Shown: in pieces, positions 30,125-39,355 of the stretch
Layout of the letters: each line of letters opens with the position of its first letter
Numbering within the stretch: the first letter of the stretch is position 1
From: an uncultured Methanosarcinales archaeon
GTDB lineage: Archaea > Nanobdellota > Nanobdellia > Woesearchaeales > GW2011-AR4
Reading direction: 5' to 3'
NCBI GenBank assembly: GCA_964607225.1
Contig: CAZSIU010000001.1
Location: 18-64,017, forward strand
Length of the DNA stretch: 64,000 nt
Notes under the pieces: model-generated
What the model was told of the DNA's origin: nothing
Seen by the model: the letters and a program-made list of their open reading frames with translations, nothing else
The model's database searches: none
Position numbers and translations under genes: made by a program

Positions 30125-31276
30125 TCATCTTATTTCATACAAAATCCCTCTCAAAGTTTCTTCCGTCAATTTTCTCGGATTATTGTTAACCCTATCTGGA
30201 TTAAAACCATTCCTTATAATTATTTCTATATCTTCATCAGTTTCAATTCCCAATTCAGACAGCTTGGTACTTAAACCAATTTCTTTCATTAGGTTAGTTA
30301 TTTTTTCTGATGCTTCTTCAGCATTACTTGCACCAATTAATTCGACAATTTCTTTAATTGTGTTTTTAACATAATCAACACCTCTTTTGTCTAATAAATC
30401 TTGTTTTGTAACTTGTGAATTGTAAACAATCATAGGAGCAATTGTCAATGCAACTGCATGGCCATGAGGAACATTGAAATAGGATGTTATTGGATAAGAA
30501 ATTGCATGACAAGCAGTTGTTTTTGTAATATTAATTGCATTTCCAGCTAAATGAGCTGCTTTTGTCATTGTTCCTCTTGATATTTCTGAAGAATTATTCA
30601 CTGCTAATGGAATATTTTTAATAATAAGTTTGATTGCCTCTCTTGAATATTTTTTTGATTCGTCAGTTGAATTGATAGACCAGTATGATTCTATAGCTTG
30701 TGATAAAGCATCCATGCCGGTAAAAGCTGTTATATGTGCTGGCAGATTCATCGTAAATTGCGGGTCAACAATCGCATATTCAGGAATAATAAAATTATGG
30801 GTTAAAGTATATTTTACTTTGTCTTTGTATAAAACTGCATATCTTGTTGCTTCGCTGCCTGAACCAGAAGTTGTAGGTATAGCAACTGTAACTTTTCCTT
30901 TATTTTTTATTTTTGTTGGGTTGTTAATATATTCTATGAAAGACTTTTCTTCATTGCTAGCGAATAAATTAACAGCTTTTGCAATATCTAATGTAGTTCC
31001 ACCACCTACAGCTATAACAAAATCACAGTTATTCTTTTTAAATAATTCAAGCCCTTTCTTAATATCATCAAACTTTGGATTTACTTCAAATTCAGTAAAA
31101 TCGACAACATTGTAATTTCTTAGAATTTTGTTGAGTATCTTCTTTGCCCCACATTTTTCATAAGAATTCTTTCCAGTAACCAAAAAAATATTTTTAGGTT
31201 TATGTTTTAGTAATATGTTCCTCAAATTGTTTATAGAATTAAAACCAAAATATTCTTGCTGTCTCATTTTTATCAT
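30125..31276 (-). CDS. Group III iron-containing alcohol dehydrogenase (phosphonoacetaldehyde reductase-like, giving 2-hydroxyethylphosphonate)
   Basis: It has the GGGTTLDIAK motif of the Fe-ADH family and HGHAVALT metal-binding histidines. It is translationally coupled to ppd by an ATGA overlap. Confidence 0.8.
   Translation of the reverse strand: MIKMRQQEYFGFNSINNLRNILLKHKPKNIFLVTGKNSYEKCGAKKILNKILRNYNVVDFTEFEVNPKFDDIKKGLELFKKNNCDFVIAVGGGTTLDIAKAVNLFASNEEKSFIEYINNPTKIKNKGKVTVAIPTTSGSGSEATRYAVLYKDKVKYTLTHNFIIPEYAIVDPQFTMNLPAHITAFTGMDALSQAIESYWSINSTDESKKYSREAIKLIIKNIPLAVNNSSEISRGTMTKAAHLAGNAINITKTTACHAISYPITSYFNVPHGHAVALTIAPMIVYNSQVTKQDLLDKRGVDYVKNTIKEIVELIGASNAEEASEKITNLMKEIGLSTKLSELGIETDEDIEIIIRNGFNPDRVNNNPRKLTEETLRGILYEIR
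30363..30544. repeat. Partner copy of the 182-bp perfect repeat (inside the functional adh)
   Basis: See 27776-27957. Confidence 0.85.
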
Positions 31277-32388
31277 TGAAGAAATTTCATAAAATCTTCC
31301 TTATTCTCTATCGGCGTCTTAGTAGGCCTCCCCAAGTTTTTCCTAGCACCTTTATTTATTATTACTTCTAATAAAATAGGTCCTTCCATTTTACTCATTT
31401 TTCCTACTTTATCAATTATTTCTTCTTTTGTCTCTGCTGAAAAAGCATCTTTATAGCCACAAGCTTTTGCAATCTTAGGAATATTAATATTAAATGCGGC
31501 AGTTGGCTGCCCCCCAACAGAATCGTGAGCATAATTATTAAATACAATATGTTTGAAATTTTTTGGTTTAAGTTGTCCAATTATTGCTAACGCCCCCATA
31601 TGCATAATTAAGGCTCCATCTCCATCAAAACAATAAACGTCTCTATCAGATTTTTTAAGTGCGATTCCCAAGGCAATAGAGGAAGAATGTCCCATACTTC
31701 CCACTGTGAGAAAATCTTTTTCGTGCCCTTGCTTAGTTGCTTCTCTTAGCTCAAAAAGCTCTCTTGACGTTTTTCCTGTAGTTGAAACTACAATATCATC
31801 ATCATGTAGCAGTGGGGCGATGATTTTTATAGCCTCTTCCCTGTTTAATTCATAATTTGTTTTTATTTTATTTTTTAGTTTATATTCCTGGAAAGTTCCT
31901 TTACTGACAACTATTGCATATGGTGATTTTTTATTTTTCATATAATTAATCGCTTCCTTTATTGTATCTTCATAACTATCTTCTAATATTTTATAAGGTA
32001 TTTCCAATGTATCTAATAATTTTAGTGTAATCTTGCCCATCTTAACATGTTGAGGTTCATCTTTTTTTCCTGGCTCGCTTCTCCAACCTATAATAAGTAA
32101 CATGGGTATTGAATAAACATCTGGATCAGCAAGCGACGTAAGAGGATTTACAGCATTTCCTTCTCCGGAATTCTGCATATAAACCAATCCAAACCTCCTA
32201 GTAGCTAGATGATATCCTGCTGCAAGTGCAACTGCATTACCTTCATTAGCTGCAATAATATTTCTTTCATCTGGTGTATTATCAGCAACATAAGCACAAA
32301 AATCTTTAAGTAGAGAATCTGGGACTCCAGTAAAAAAATCAATTTTATTTTCTATTAGTTTATCATAAAAATTTTTACAAGATATCAT
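31273..32388 (-). CDS. ppd: Phosphonopyruvate decarboxylase (thiamine-diphosphate dependent)
   Basis: The N-terminus MISCKNFYDKLIENKIDFFTGVPDSLL and GDGALIMHMGAL (TPP-binding GDG) are present. It lies immediately downstream of the PEP mutase. Confidence 0.85.
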   Translation of the reverse strand: MISCKNFYDKLIENKIDFFTGVPDSLLKDFCAYVADNTPDERNIIAANEGNAVALAAGYHLATRRFGLVYMQNSGEGNAVNPLTSLADPDVYSIPMLLIIGWRSEPGKKDEPQHVKMGKITLKLLDTLEIPYKILEDSYEDTIKEAINYMKNKKSPYAIVVSKGTFQEYKLKNKIKTNYELNREEAIKIIAPLLHDDDIVVSTTGKTSRELFELREATKQGHEKDFLTVGSMGHSSSIALGIALKKSDRDVYCFDGDGALIMHMGALAIIGQLKPKNFKHIVFNNYAHDSVGGQPTAAFNINIPKIAKACGYKDAFSAETKEEIIDKVGKMSKMEGPILLEVIINKGARKNLGRPTKTPIENKEDFMKFLQ

Positions 32389-32414
32389 TTTAAGCTCAAA
32401 AATTTATTATAGCC

Positions 32415-33713
32415 TCATTTACTTCCTGGAATTAATGTGAGCACTTCATTTATTGGCAAGCAATATTTATCTGCTTCATGACATCTTCCGTGTTTCAATA
32501 TAGTTTCTGCTGTTTTTATCATGGCAGGATATGCACTTCTCAGCAAATGATTTGCATAAATTACAATATTTACGCCAGCGTCAATTAATTCTTGCTCTGT
32601 AATAGTGTTATACGTTGTTGGTACTACAACCAAAGGAGCCTTATTCTTAATTTTCTTATATTCTTCACAAAAATCTAAAACTTCTTTTGTATCTTTTTCC
32701 TTGCTATGAATCATTATTCCATCCGCACCTGCATCAATGTAAGCTTTCGCTCTTTTTATTGCGTCATCTACCCCTTTTTTTAATATCAAGCTTTCTATCC
32801 TAGCTATAATCATAAAGTCTTCATTAACCTGAGCTTTTTTTCCTGCCGTTATTTTTCGACAAAAATTTTCTATTGAATCTTGTTGCTGCTCAACTTCTGT
32901 TCCATAAAGTGAATTTCTCTTTGGACCGATTTTATCTTCTATAATCACAGCAGATACTCCAATCCTCTCCAGAGTCTTGACTGTATATACAAAATGCTCA
33001 GCTAAACCACCTGTGTCTCCATCTACAATCATAGGTTTGGTAGTTACCTCAAAAATATTATCTATTGTTTGAAGTCTTGATGTTAAATCTACCAATTCAA
33101 TATCTGGCTTACCTTTGGAAGTCGAATCTGTCAAGCTGCTTTGCCACATTCCGTCAAATTCCCTTACATTATCGTCTTCAACCAATTTGATTTTTTCCAC
33201 TATTCTTCCGGTAAGTCCATTATGAACTTCCATAATCCTTACTAAGGGTTTAAGTTGAAGCAATTTTCTTAATCTCTTAAGTCTAACCTCTGGAGTAGTC
33301 CCTATGTCACTCATTTTATCAATCAATTCTGATGCGGAAACATCCCTTGTAGATTCAGGCTCTACTAGCTTACCGCCCCACTCTTTAAGATATTCTATTA
33401 CTCTTGCTCTAACTCCTTTTTGAATACCTGTTCGCCAGTCTGTGCCGTGTATAACATAGTCTGGCTTAAGTTTTTTAAGGTTGGGGACATAGTCTAAGGT
33501 TTCCTGGGGTATAACTTCACTTACACCCTTAATGTTTTCTATTATTTTTTTCCTCTGTTCGTATGTCAGGAGTGGAAGCCTTTTATAAGTGGCAATAGCC
33601 TCATCTGTCAATAATCCTACAGTTACATTTCCCAATTTTCTTGCTACTTCTATAATATTTATATGTCCATGATGAATTATATCAGTGCTCATTCCTACAT
33701 AAACTTTTTTCAT
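32415..33713 (-). CDS. pepM: Bifunctional N-terminal HxGH cytidylyltransferase / C-terminal phosphoenolpyruvate phosphomutase (Fom1-like architecture)
   Basis: The N-domain reads [13 protein letters not shown]. The C-domain carries [10 protein letters not shown] at residues 259-268, which matches the PepM-specific EDKxxxxxNS motif exactly, plus VDGDTGG. Confidence 0.88.
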   Translation of the reverse strand: MKKVYVGMSTDIIHHGHINIIEVARKLGNVTVGLLTDEAIATYKRLPLLTYEQRKKIIENIKGVSEVIPQETLDYVPNLKKLKPDYVIHGTDWRTGIQKGVRARVIEYLKEWGGKLVEPESTRDVSASELIDKMSDIGTTPEVRLKRLRKLLQLKPLVRIMEVHNGLTGRIVEKIKLVEDDNVREFDGMWQSSLTDSTSKGKPDIELVDLTSRLQTIDNIFEVTTKPMIVDGDTGGLAEHFVYTVKTLERIGVSAVIIEDKIGPKRNSLYGTEVEQQQDSIENFCRKITAGKKAQVNEDFMIIARIESLILKKGVDDAIKRAKAYIDAGADGIMIHSKEKDTKEVLDFCEEYKKIKNKAPLVVVPTTYNTITEQELIDAGVNIVIYANHLLRSAYPAMIKTAETILKHGRCHEADKYCLPINEVLTLIPGSK

Positions 33714-33716
33714 TTT

Positions 33717-34256
33717 TTAATTCTCCTTTTTGTAAATCTTAATGATTTTATTGACGATGTTCTCAGTTGACAATTTTTCATAGAATGGTGGTTGTATAAC
33801 TTCCCCGTTGATTTTTTTAATATATTTAGCCCCGGGGACTTTTTTCCAGTTTGAACCACAAACTAGAATTAATTTTGCATTTTGAAATTGCTCATGAATT
33901 TTTTTTAAATTTGCTGTAGGATCCAAAGAGTTCTGAACCATAACCATATCTATACATCTAAGAGATGAAACTATGGACTTTCTATCTTTTAAACTAGCAA
34001 TTGGAGCTTCCCTATATGATTTAATTGCATCGTCAGTTAAAACACCACAAACATGAAAATCCCCAAGCTGATTTGCAATCAGCAACGATCTAAGTTGTCC
34101 GTAATGAAAAAGATCTCCTGTAGTAGAACTATAAACGACAGAGTTAATTTTATCTTTTTCAACAGCTACAATATCTCCTTCTTTAATTCCAGAGCCTTTA
34201 GGTATTGTAACACATAACTGACCATTAGATTTATTCGCCCACACTACTTTTTTCAT
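33717..34256 (-). CDS. Small-barrel domain plus TagD-like cytidylyltransferase domain protein
   Basis: TGDLFHYGQLRSLLIANQLGDFHVCGVLTDD aligns to the (H/F)xGH-type CTP-transferase core. Confidence 0.55.
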   Translation of the reverse strand: MKKVVWANKSNGQLCVTIPKGSGIKEGDIVAVEKDKINSVVYSSTTGDLFHYGQLRSLLIANQLGDFHVCGVLTDDAIKSYREAPIASLKDRKSIVSSLRCIDMVMVQNSLDPTANLKKIHEQFQNAKLILVCGSNWKKVPGAKYIKKINGEVIQPPFYEKLSTENIVNKIIKIYKKEN

Positions 34257-35105
34257 TTTCTACTAGTGTTACTAGTGATTGTATTTAAATGTTTCGGTTT
34301 TTATCTGGATTGAAAAGACTCTTTTGATTTCAAATATTGATATATAATATTGATTAAATTGCTACCATATAGAATTATTTTTGTTTGTAATTTTTTTTAT
34401 TTAATTGTGAATAAACTAAAATAATTTCTAGAATTTACACCCATCAAGATCTCTTTTGTCATTTTTACTCATTTTTCATTTCTTTGTTTTTCCCAGACCT
34501 TAACAAAAAAATTTCAACTTCTCAAATAATATCTGTTTTAATTTAACTAATTTGGTAGAAAATGAAAAAAGGCTTATAGAGGCTGGAGTTGCATGTCCAG
34601 TAAATGTTGTTAGGATAGTAGACAAAGAAAAAAATGAAGATATTGTAAGCGTAAAAGTTAGTTAGGATAAAGTCAAAGAAGTTATTGCTGAATATGATCA
34701 TGAAAAGGAATTTGTTATTGATTCAGAAGGTTATTTTTGAATAAGGTTAGACAGAAAAAACAAAAATATAGAGGTTGGTTTCTGCAATGAAAAAAAATAA
34801 GGTTGTTTTAAAAGTTGTTGGCAAAAAGCCAATTGATATTTATCAAACTATATTAAACAAAGAAAAGTTGTCGATAAGGAAAGACCATGCAGCTTATCTT
34901 GGGGAGAATTGCAAAACGCTTATTTTGCTTTGGAATATAATTTAGAATATGTTCAAGATGATGGTGCGGATTTAAATAAGAAATTTAATGAAAAATTTTT
35001 TAAATTCGTTATTTATAGTTAATTGTGATGTATTAAGCTTGTTTTTAATTTATTCTTAAAGAATTTATGAAAATTATTTATGATGAATAATAAAAATTGT
35101 TATAT

Positions 35106-36341
35106 TTAAAACCACCTTGTTGATTCTGTATGGACTCTTTCCAGGCCCTCCTGTCCTGAATACTTGTATATTAATGCAAGATCTTTTAATGGGTCTCCCT
35201 CTTCAGGTTTGATTTCCATTACGATTAATTTTCCTTCCTTATCACCAGTATTCCTAAATGAGTGAGGTACATTTGGTTGAATAAAAAAAGAAGTGCCTGG
35301 TTTCAATATTTGCTCATTACTTCTCCAGAGAAACATAACTGGAGTGTTTCCAACATTATAACCCCAACGGTCTGCATCCACGTTAATATCTAATGTTCTT
35401 TCTTCCTTCACTCTTTTAACAATATATTCAAATGCTTTCGTATGGGGTTGATTTGGGATTCCATTAATTAGTTCTCTCCACTTATAAGCATCATTCTCTT
35501 TTGAGGAGGCATCTTTATTTTTTCTCACTATTACACCCTCAAGTTCATCTGTAACTAGGTTTTCTTCAACTTTGGGTAATTTTTTCTTATAAGAGGATTG
35601 ATAATCATCAAGATCCATAGATTTTATTTTTGTCTGAAATTCATCTGTCGCAACTGCTCCTCCATAAGTAACCGCAAGAATCAATCCCTTTCCCTCTTCA
35701 CGTGTAGTAAAAGTATGAGGAACAAATGGCGTAATATAATTGATGTCTCCAGTATTCATTTTCCGCACGTGTTTATTGCCTTTTTTGTCAATCCAGTAAA
35801 AATTTACCGTCCCAATGAAATAAGTAATTTGATATTCAAAATGGCCTTTGTTAAATGCCCAATCAGGTACATTTGCGTCATTTCCATCATGGACGTAGCG
35901 CTCCACGATCCATTCGGGCCTGAAAGTAGATGTCTTTGACATTGCAGTGTCTCCATAATCATAATATGGAACTTTTTGGCCGTCACTCTGACCCCTCATA
36001 AATGTTCGTTGAGTTTCCTTCCTTTGTTCAGCAGTAAAAATAAGAACACCGTCATTTGTATCATCTTTAATTTTAAACTTATGCCTATGATTAGGATCAA
36101 ATAATTTACGTACATCCAAAGGAGAATGATTATCTACTGCATTAACAATTTCTGATGTTAGGGGTTTTTTCCCGTTCATAACTGCTTCAAGGTAAACTGG
36201 GTCTAAATTGTGTATATCAGCAAAACTAATTGAAGTTTGTTTTACTCCATTTAAAAGGCCTCTGAGTATTGGTCCAGCATTTTTAGCATAAGGGACGTCA
36301 GAAAAATTTTTATTTTCTCTTACTTCCATTTTTTGTTCCAT
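35106..36341 (-). CDS. mpnS: Bi-cupin 2-hydroxyethylphosphonate dioxygenase family; residue pattern favours methylphosphonate synthase (MPnS) over HEPD
   Basis: It has two cupin modules (…PFVPHTF… and …PNVPHSF…). The first-cupin triad is H167-x3-Q171...H209 (2-His-1-Gln). F sits 14 residues and I 36 residues downstream of the first His, matching the Phe162/Ile184 gate recalled for N. maritimus MPnS; HEPD has Tyr/Gly there. A GGAGGT Shine-Dalgarno sequence lies 8 nt upstream. Confidence 0.7.
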   Translation of the reverse strand: MEQKMEVRENKNFSDVPYAKNAGPILRGLLNGVKQTSISFADIHNLDPVYLEAVMNGKKPLTSEIVNAVDNHSPLDVRKLFDPNHRHKFKIKDDTNDGVLIFTAEQRKETQRTFMRGQSDGQKVPYYDYGDTAMSKTSTFRPEWIVERYVHDGNDANVPDWAFNKGHFEYQITYFIGTVNFYWIDKKGNKHVRKMNTGDINYITPFVPHTFTTREEGKGLILAVTYGGAVATDEFQTKIKSMDLDDYQSSYKKKLPKVEENLVTDELEGVIVRKNKDASSKENDAYKWRELINGIPNQPHTKAFEYIVKRVKEERTLDINVDADRWGYNVGNTPVMFLWRSNEQILKPGTSFFIQPNVPHSFRNTGDKEGKLIVMEIKPEEGDPLKDLALIYKYSGQEGLERVHTESTRWF

Positions 36342-36349
36342 TTAAAATT

Positions 36350-36355
36350 ACCTCC
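36350..36355 (-). promoter_or_regulatory. Shine-Dalgarno-like GGAGGT, 8 nt upstream of the mpnS-like start
   Basis: Forward-strand acctcc at 36350-36355. Confidence 0.4.
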
Positions 36356-36459
36356 GAAAATTTAGATATTGCACATAAATCTTAATAAGAATGCCATATT
36401 ATTTATAAATATTTCACCGAAAGGCTTAAATATAATAATTTGGGGTTAGAAGACGAAAT

Positions 36460-37239
36460 TTAACTTATTTCTCCTCCAACTCTTAAGAAATCCTGCACAG
36501 TATCAAATTCTTTCCAATTTTTTTGTATTAAAACGCAATAAAGTTTTTCTCCTTTATCTATCATTTCTTGGAAAATATCAGTTATATAGGATTTTTGCCA
36601 TTCTTTTGCATTTTGATACGGATCGGTCATTTTTAATGTTGAATTTAGTCTGTCAAAATATTTTAAGAAAATATTTATTCCTTTAGGGGTAAACTTCCAT
36701 AAGCCGATAAATTCACCTTGTTTATTTTTTGGTACTTTATAAGTAAATATGTGCTTGCCAATCTTTAGCATTCTTTTTTTGTCATTCATTATTATATTTT
36801 CAGCTTCTGAAATTGGATGGTGAGTTCTGCCTTCATAATAATCTTGCCAATCTATATCAACAATAGCAGCTATATCATTTTTATCTTCTAATAATTTCTT
36901 TACCACAATATCATTGTACCATATATCTGAATAACTTATAACGACATCTTCTTTTGATTTTATGGCTTCTTCTAATTTAGCTCTGGCGCACATCAAAGAA
37001 TGAAGAATGTTATTATTCCAGAAATCTGCATTTTCAAAATATGTAATGTTTGTAAAATTTATCTTTTCTTTTTTATAGCCTCTTACTATTGAAATATCTT
37101 CAATTTCATTTTTTCTAAAAAGATCTATAGTATTCTCTAGTATCGGCTTGCCCTCTATCTTCAGCATACATTTTGGCAAGTTATCCGTTATTGGCCTTAG
37201 ACGTGAAGATGGTCCAGCAGCGATGATAATTCCTTTCAT
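36460..37239 (-). CDS. LicC-like nucleotidyltransferase (second copy; candidate phosphonate cytidylyltransferase)
   Basis: MKGIIIAAGPSSRLRPITDNLPKCMLKI is paralogous to 26792-27544. Confidence 0.7.
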   Translation of the reverse strand: MKGIIIAAGPSSRLRPITDNLPKCMLKIEGKPILENTIDLFRKNEIEDISIVRGYKKEKINFTNITYFENADFWNNNILHSLMCARAKLEEAIKSKEDVVISYSDIWYNDIVVKKLLEDKNDIAAIVDIDWQDYYEGRTHHPISEAENIIMNDKKRMLKIGKHIFTYKVPKNKQGEFIGLWKFTPKGINIFLKYFDRLNSTLKMTDPYQNAKEWQKSYITDIFQEMIDKGEKLYCVLIQKNWKEFDTVQDFLRVGGEIS

Positions 37240-37345
37240 ATGACTAACTTGTTTTATCCCAAGTTTACTTAATTTTATTTATAAATCTTTTACCGATAGG
37301 TTTAAATACTATAAATTCGAATTATTTAATAAAGTCTCTTTAGTT

Positions 37346-38209
37346 TTAGAAACTCATTTTTATTTCGTTTTTTCCTCTTAGAAGAAATTCTTTCAAAAAA
37401 GTTATTATCTCATCATCCAATCTTCTTAAGAATTCCGCTTCCCTATCCACTCTCATATATTTTTTTTCACCTAAATAAGTAAATAATTCCCTTATAGAAA
37501 AATCGACAGTCCCATAATTGATAAATGGTCTTCCCATTTCTCCAATCTTTATTACCATTGCTTTGATCATGGCCACTGGATTTAATTTTTTATCAAGCAA
37601 TTTTTCTTTTAGCAGTCTTCTCTGTACAATCATTGGGAAGGTGTTTAAATCAAATTTTATATTCCATACTTTGCTTTTTAATATTTTTTCTCTAAAATTA
37701 AAATTGAATTCCTTGTTTTGTTGTCTTTCCTTGAAAGCAAAAAAATCTATATTATCCCAAAACTCCCAATTTCCTGAGCAAATTGATGAGTGAGGCAAAA
37801 AGAATTGTACTGGTCTTATAAATGTATCAAAATAAATATGGCTTATAAAACTTAAAGTTGCATGTACTTTATTTTGTTCTATCTTCTTTAGTCCTTCGTA
37901 TTTAATCAATTCACAAGCATTATTAAAAAAGTTTATAAATTTTTCTTGATTTTTTTTGATATGCATGTAATAAGATGTATTTTTTGAAAATTTTAGTTTT
38001 TGGTTTGTGAAGACTGCCATTGCAGAGTCTAAAATTTTTGGAAGATTATGTAGATTATGTGTGTATATTTCGAGCTCTTTTCCCAGCAGCGGAATAAAAG
38101 AGTAAATAGCAGAATTTATATCGCAATCACATGCTTTAAGTAATTTTATACTTAATATTCCTCTTGTTAATTCATCCATTTTTAACCTTGTTTTTGCATT
38201 TCTTCCCAT
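37346..38209 (-). CDS. Hypothetical protein (287 aa), no recognisable family; overlaps the downstream AP-family gene by 28 nt
   Basis: It is a long ORF inside a co-directional operon. The start is possibly at M11 (MDELTRG). Confidence 0.45.
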   Translation of the reverse strand: MGRNAKTRLKMDELTRGILSIKLLKACDCDINSAIYSFIPLLGKELEIYTHNLHNLPKILDSAMAVFTNQKLKFSKNTSYYMHIKKNQEKFINFFNNACELIKYEGLKKIEQNKVHATLSFISHIYFDTFIRPVQFFLPHSSICSGNWEFWDNIDFFAFKERQQNKEFNFNFREKILKSKVWNIKFDLNTFPMIVQRRLLKEKLLDKKLNPVAMIKAMVIKIGEMGRPFINYGTVDFSIRELFTYLGEKKYMRVDREAEFLRRLDDEIITFLKEFLLRGKNEIKMSF

Positions 38210-39306
38210 AAATATTTTTCTATTTTAGGTTCCTGTCCTATTAAATTATTTTTTTCTTCTTTGTCATCAATGAGATTATACAATTCTTTCTTTTTATTTG
38301 TCTCATTATATATTAATTTCCACTTGTTTGTTCTCACAGCTTTGATGTTATGTTTCTCTGGAGAAGGCGTTGGTCCATCTAAACCCCCTGTTTCAGAGTA
38401 AGCGACTCTATTTTCTATTATTCCCTTAATAAATGGTAAAAATGATTTTCCACCTATCTTTTTATAATTATCCTCTTCCTTTATTTTTAGTATGTCCAAT
38501 AAAGTTGGTAAAATATCAATACTTCTAATTAAATTATTTATTTGCAGATTTTTAGGAAAGTCCTTTCCAATTAAATATAAAAAGCTTCTTATTGTGTACT
38601 CATAGAGATAAACACCATATGCCCTTTCTCCAACTTTGTCTCCAGTACTGGTCCCATGATCAGTACAAACAAATATAATAGAATCATCATGCAATCCTAA
38701 TTGCTTTATTTTTTCCATAATATCTTTAAGATAATTTGCGCTTTCCCCAACCCATCCAAGGTAATTCTTGAAATTTTTATCTTTATTATTGAAATACTCC
38801 TCATCAAAATCAGAGTATTTTTTTACTACGGTGTTGATCAAATTAACATGTATACTTCCATATCGAAGAAAGAGGAAAAAAGGATTTTTATGTCTTATTT
38901 GGTGCAATATTTCAGTGTGCCTTTTTGAGAAGTTTATATCCTTAAACTCGTCATAAATTCTATATTTATCAAATCCTTGTTGAGGTATGACCCCTTCAAG
39001 ATGTAAATCTGCTTCGGTGTAATAACCATTTTCTTTTACATATTGGGTTAATGTAAAACAATTTTTTTTATCAAAACTATGAATTCTGTAATAACCATTT
39101 ACGCCGTTGAAATTACCATTCATTCCAGAAAATAAGGAGTGTAAAGAAGCTATAGTATATGGTGCGTAGGTAATTAATTTAGGGAAAAAAACAGATTCTT
39201 TTTTGAGTTCTTGGTAATATCGAATTTTATCAATAGAGTCGTACCTAACCCCATCTATAACTATAATTATGATATTTGGTTTTTTTTTCTTAAATAGATT
39301 AATCAT
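38182..39306 (-). CDS. Alkaline-phosphatase-superfamily enzyme (NPP/PhnA/sulfatase-like), cytoplasmic
   Basis: IIVIDGVRYDS (a DGxRxD metal site) and YTIASLHSLFSG resemble the T-x-P-x-H-x-S-x-x-TG nucleophile loop. There is no TM segment and no signal peptide. Confidence 0.65.
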   Translation of the reverse strand: MINLFKKKKPNIIIIVIDGVRYDSIDKIRYYQELKKESVFFPKLITYAPYTIASLHSLFSGMNGNFNGVNGYYRIHSFDKKNCFTLTQYVKENGYYTEADLHLEGVIPQQGFDKYRIYDEFKDINFSKRHTEILHQIRHKNPFFLFLRYGSIHVNLINTVVKKYSDFDEEYFNNKDKNFKNYLGWVGESANYLKDIMEKIKQLGLHDDSIIFVCTDHGTSTGDKVGERAYGVYLYEYTIRSFLYLIGKDFPKNLQINNLIRSIDILPTLLDILKIKEEDNYKKIGGKSFLPFIKGIIENRVAYSETGGLDGPTPSPEKHNIKAVRTNKWKLIYNETNKKKELYNLIDDKEEKNNLIGQEPKIEKYLWEEMQKQG

Positions 39307-39355
39307 TTTTTATATAGTTGAATAATTTAATTATATATAATTTTATTTTAGACTA

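Noticed and set aside
35106-36341. HEPD (hydroxymethylphosphonate-forming) assignment for the bi-cupin
   Set aside because: The H-x3-Q / F(+14) / I(+36) / H(+42) pattern matches what I recall as MPnS-specific. An HEPD would be expected to have Tyr and Gly at the gate positions and a Glu iron ligand. The call is kept as MPnS-like at moderate confidence.
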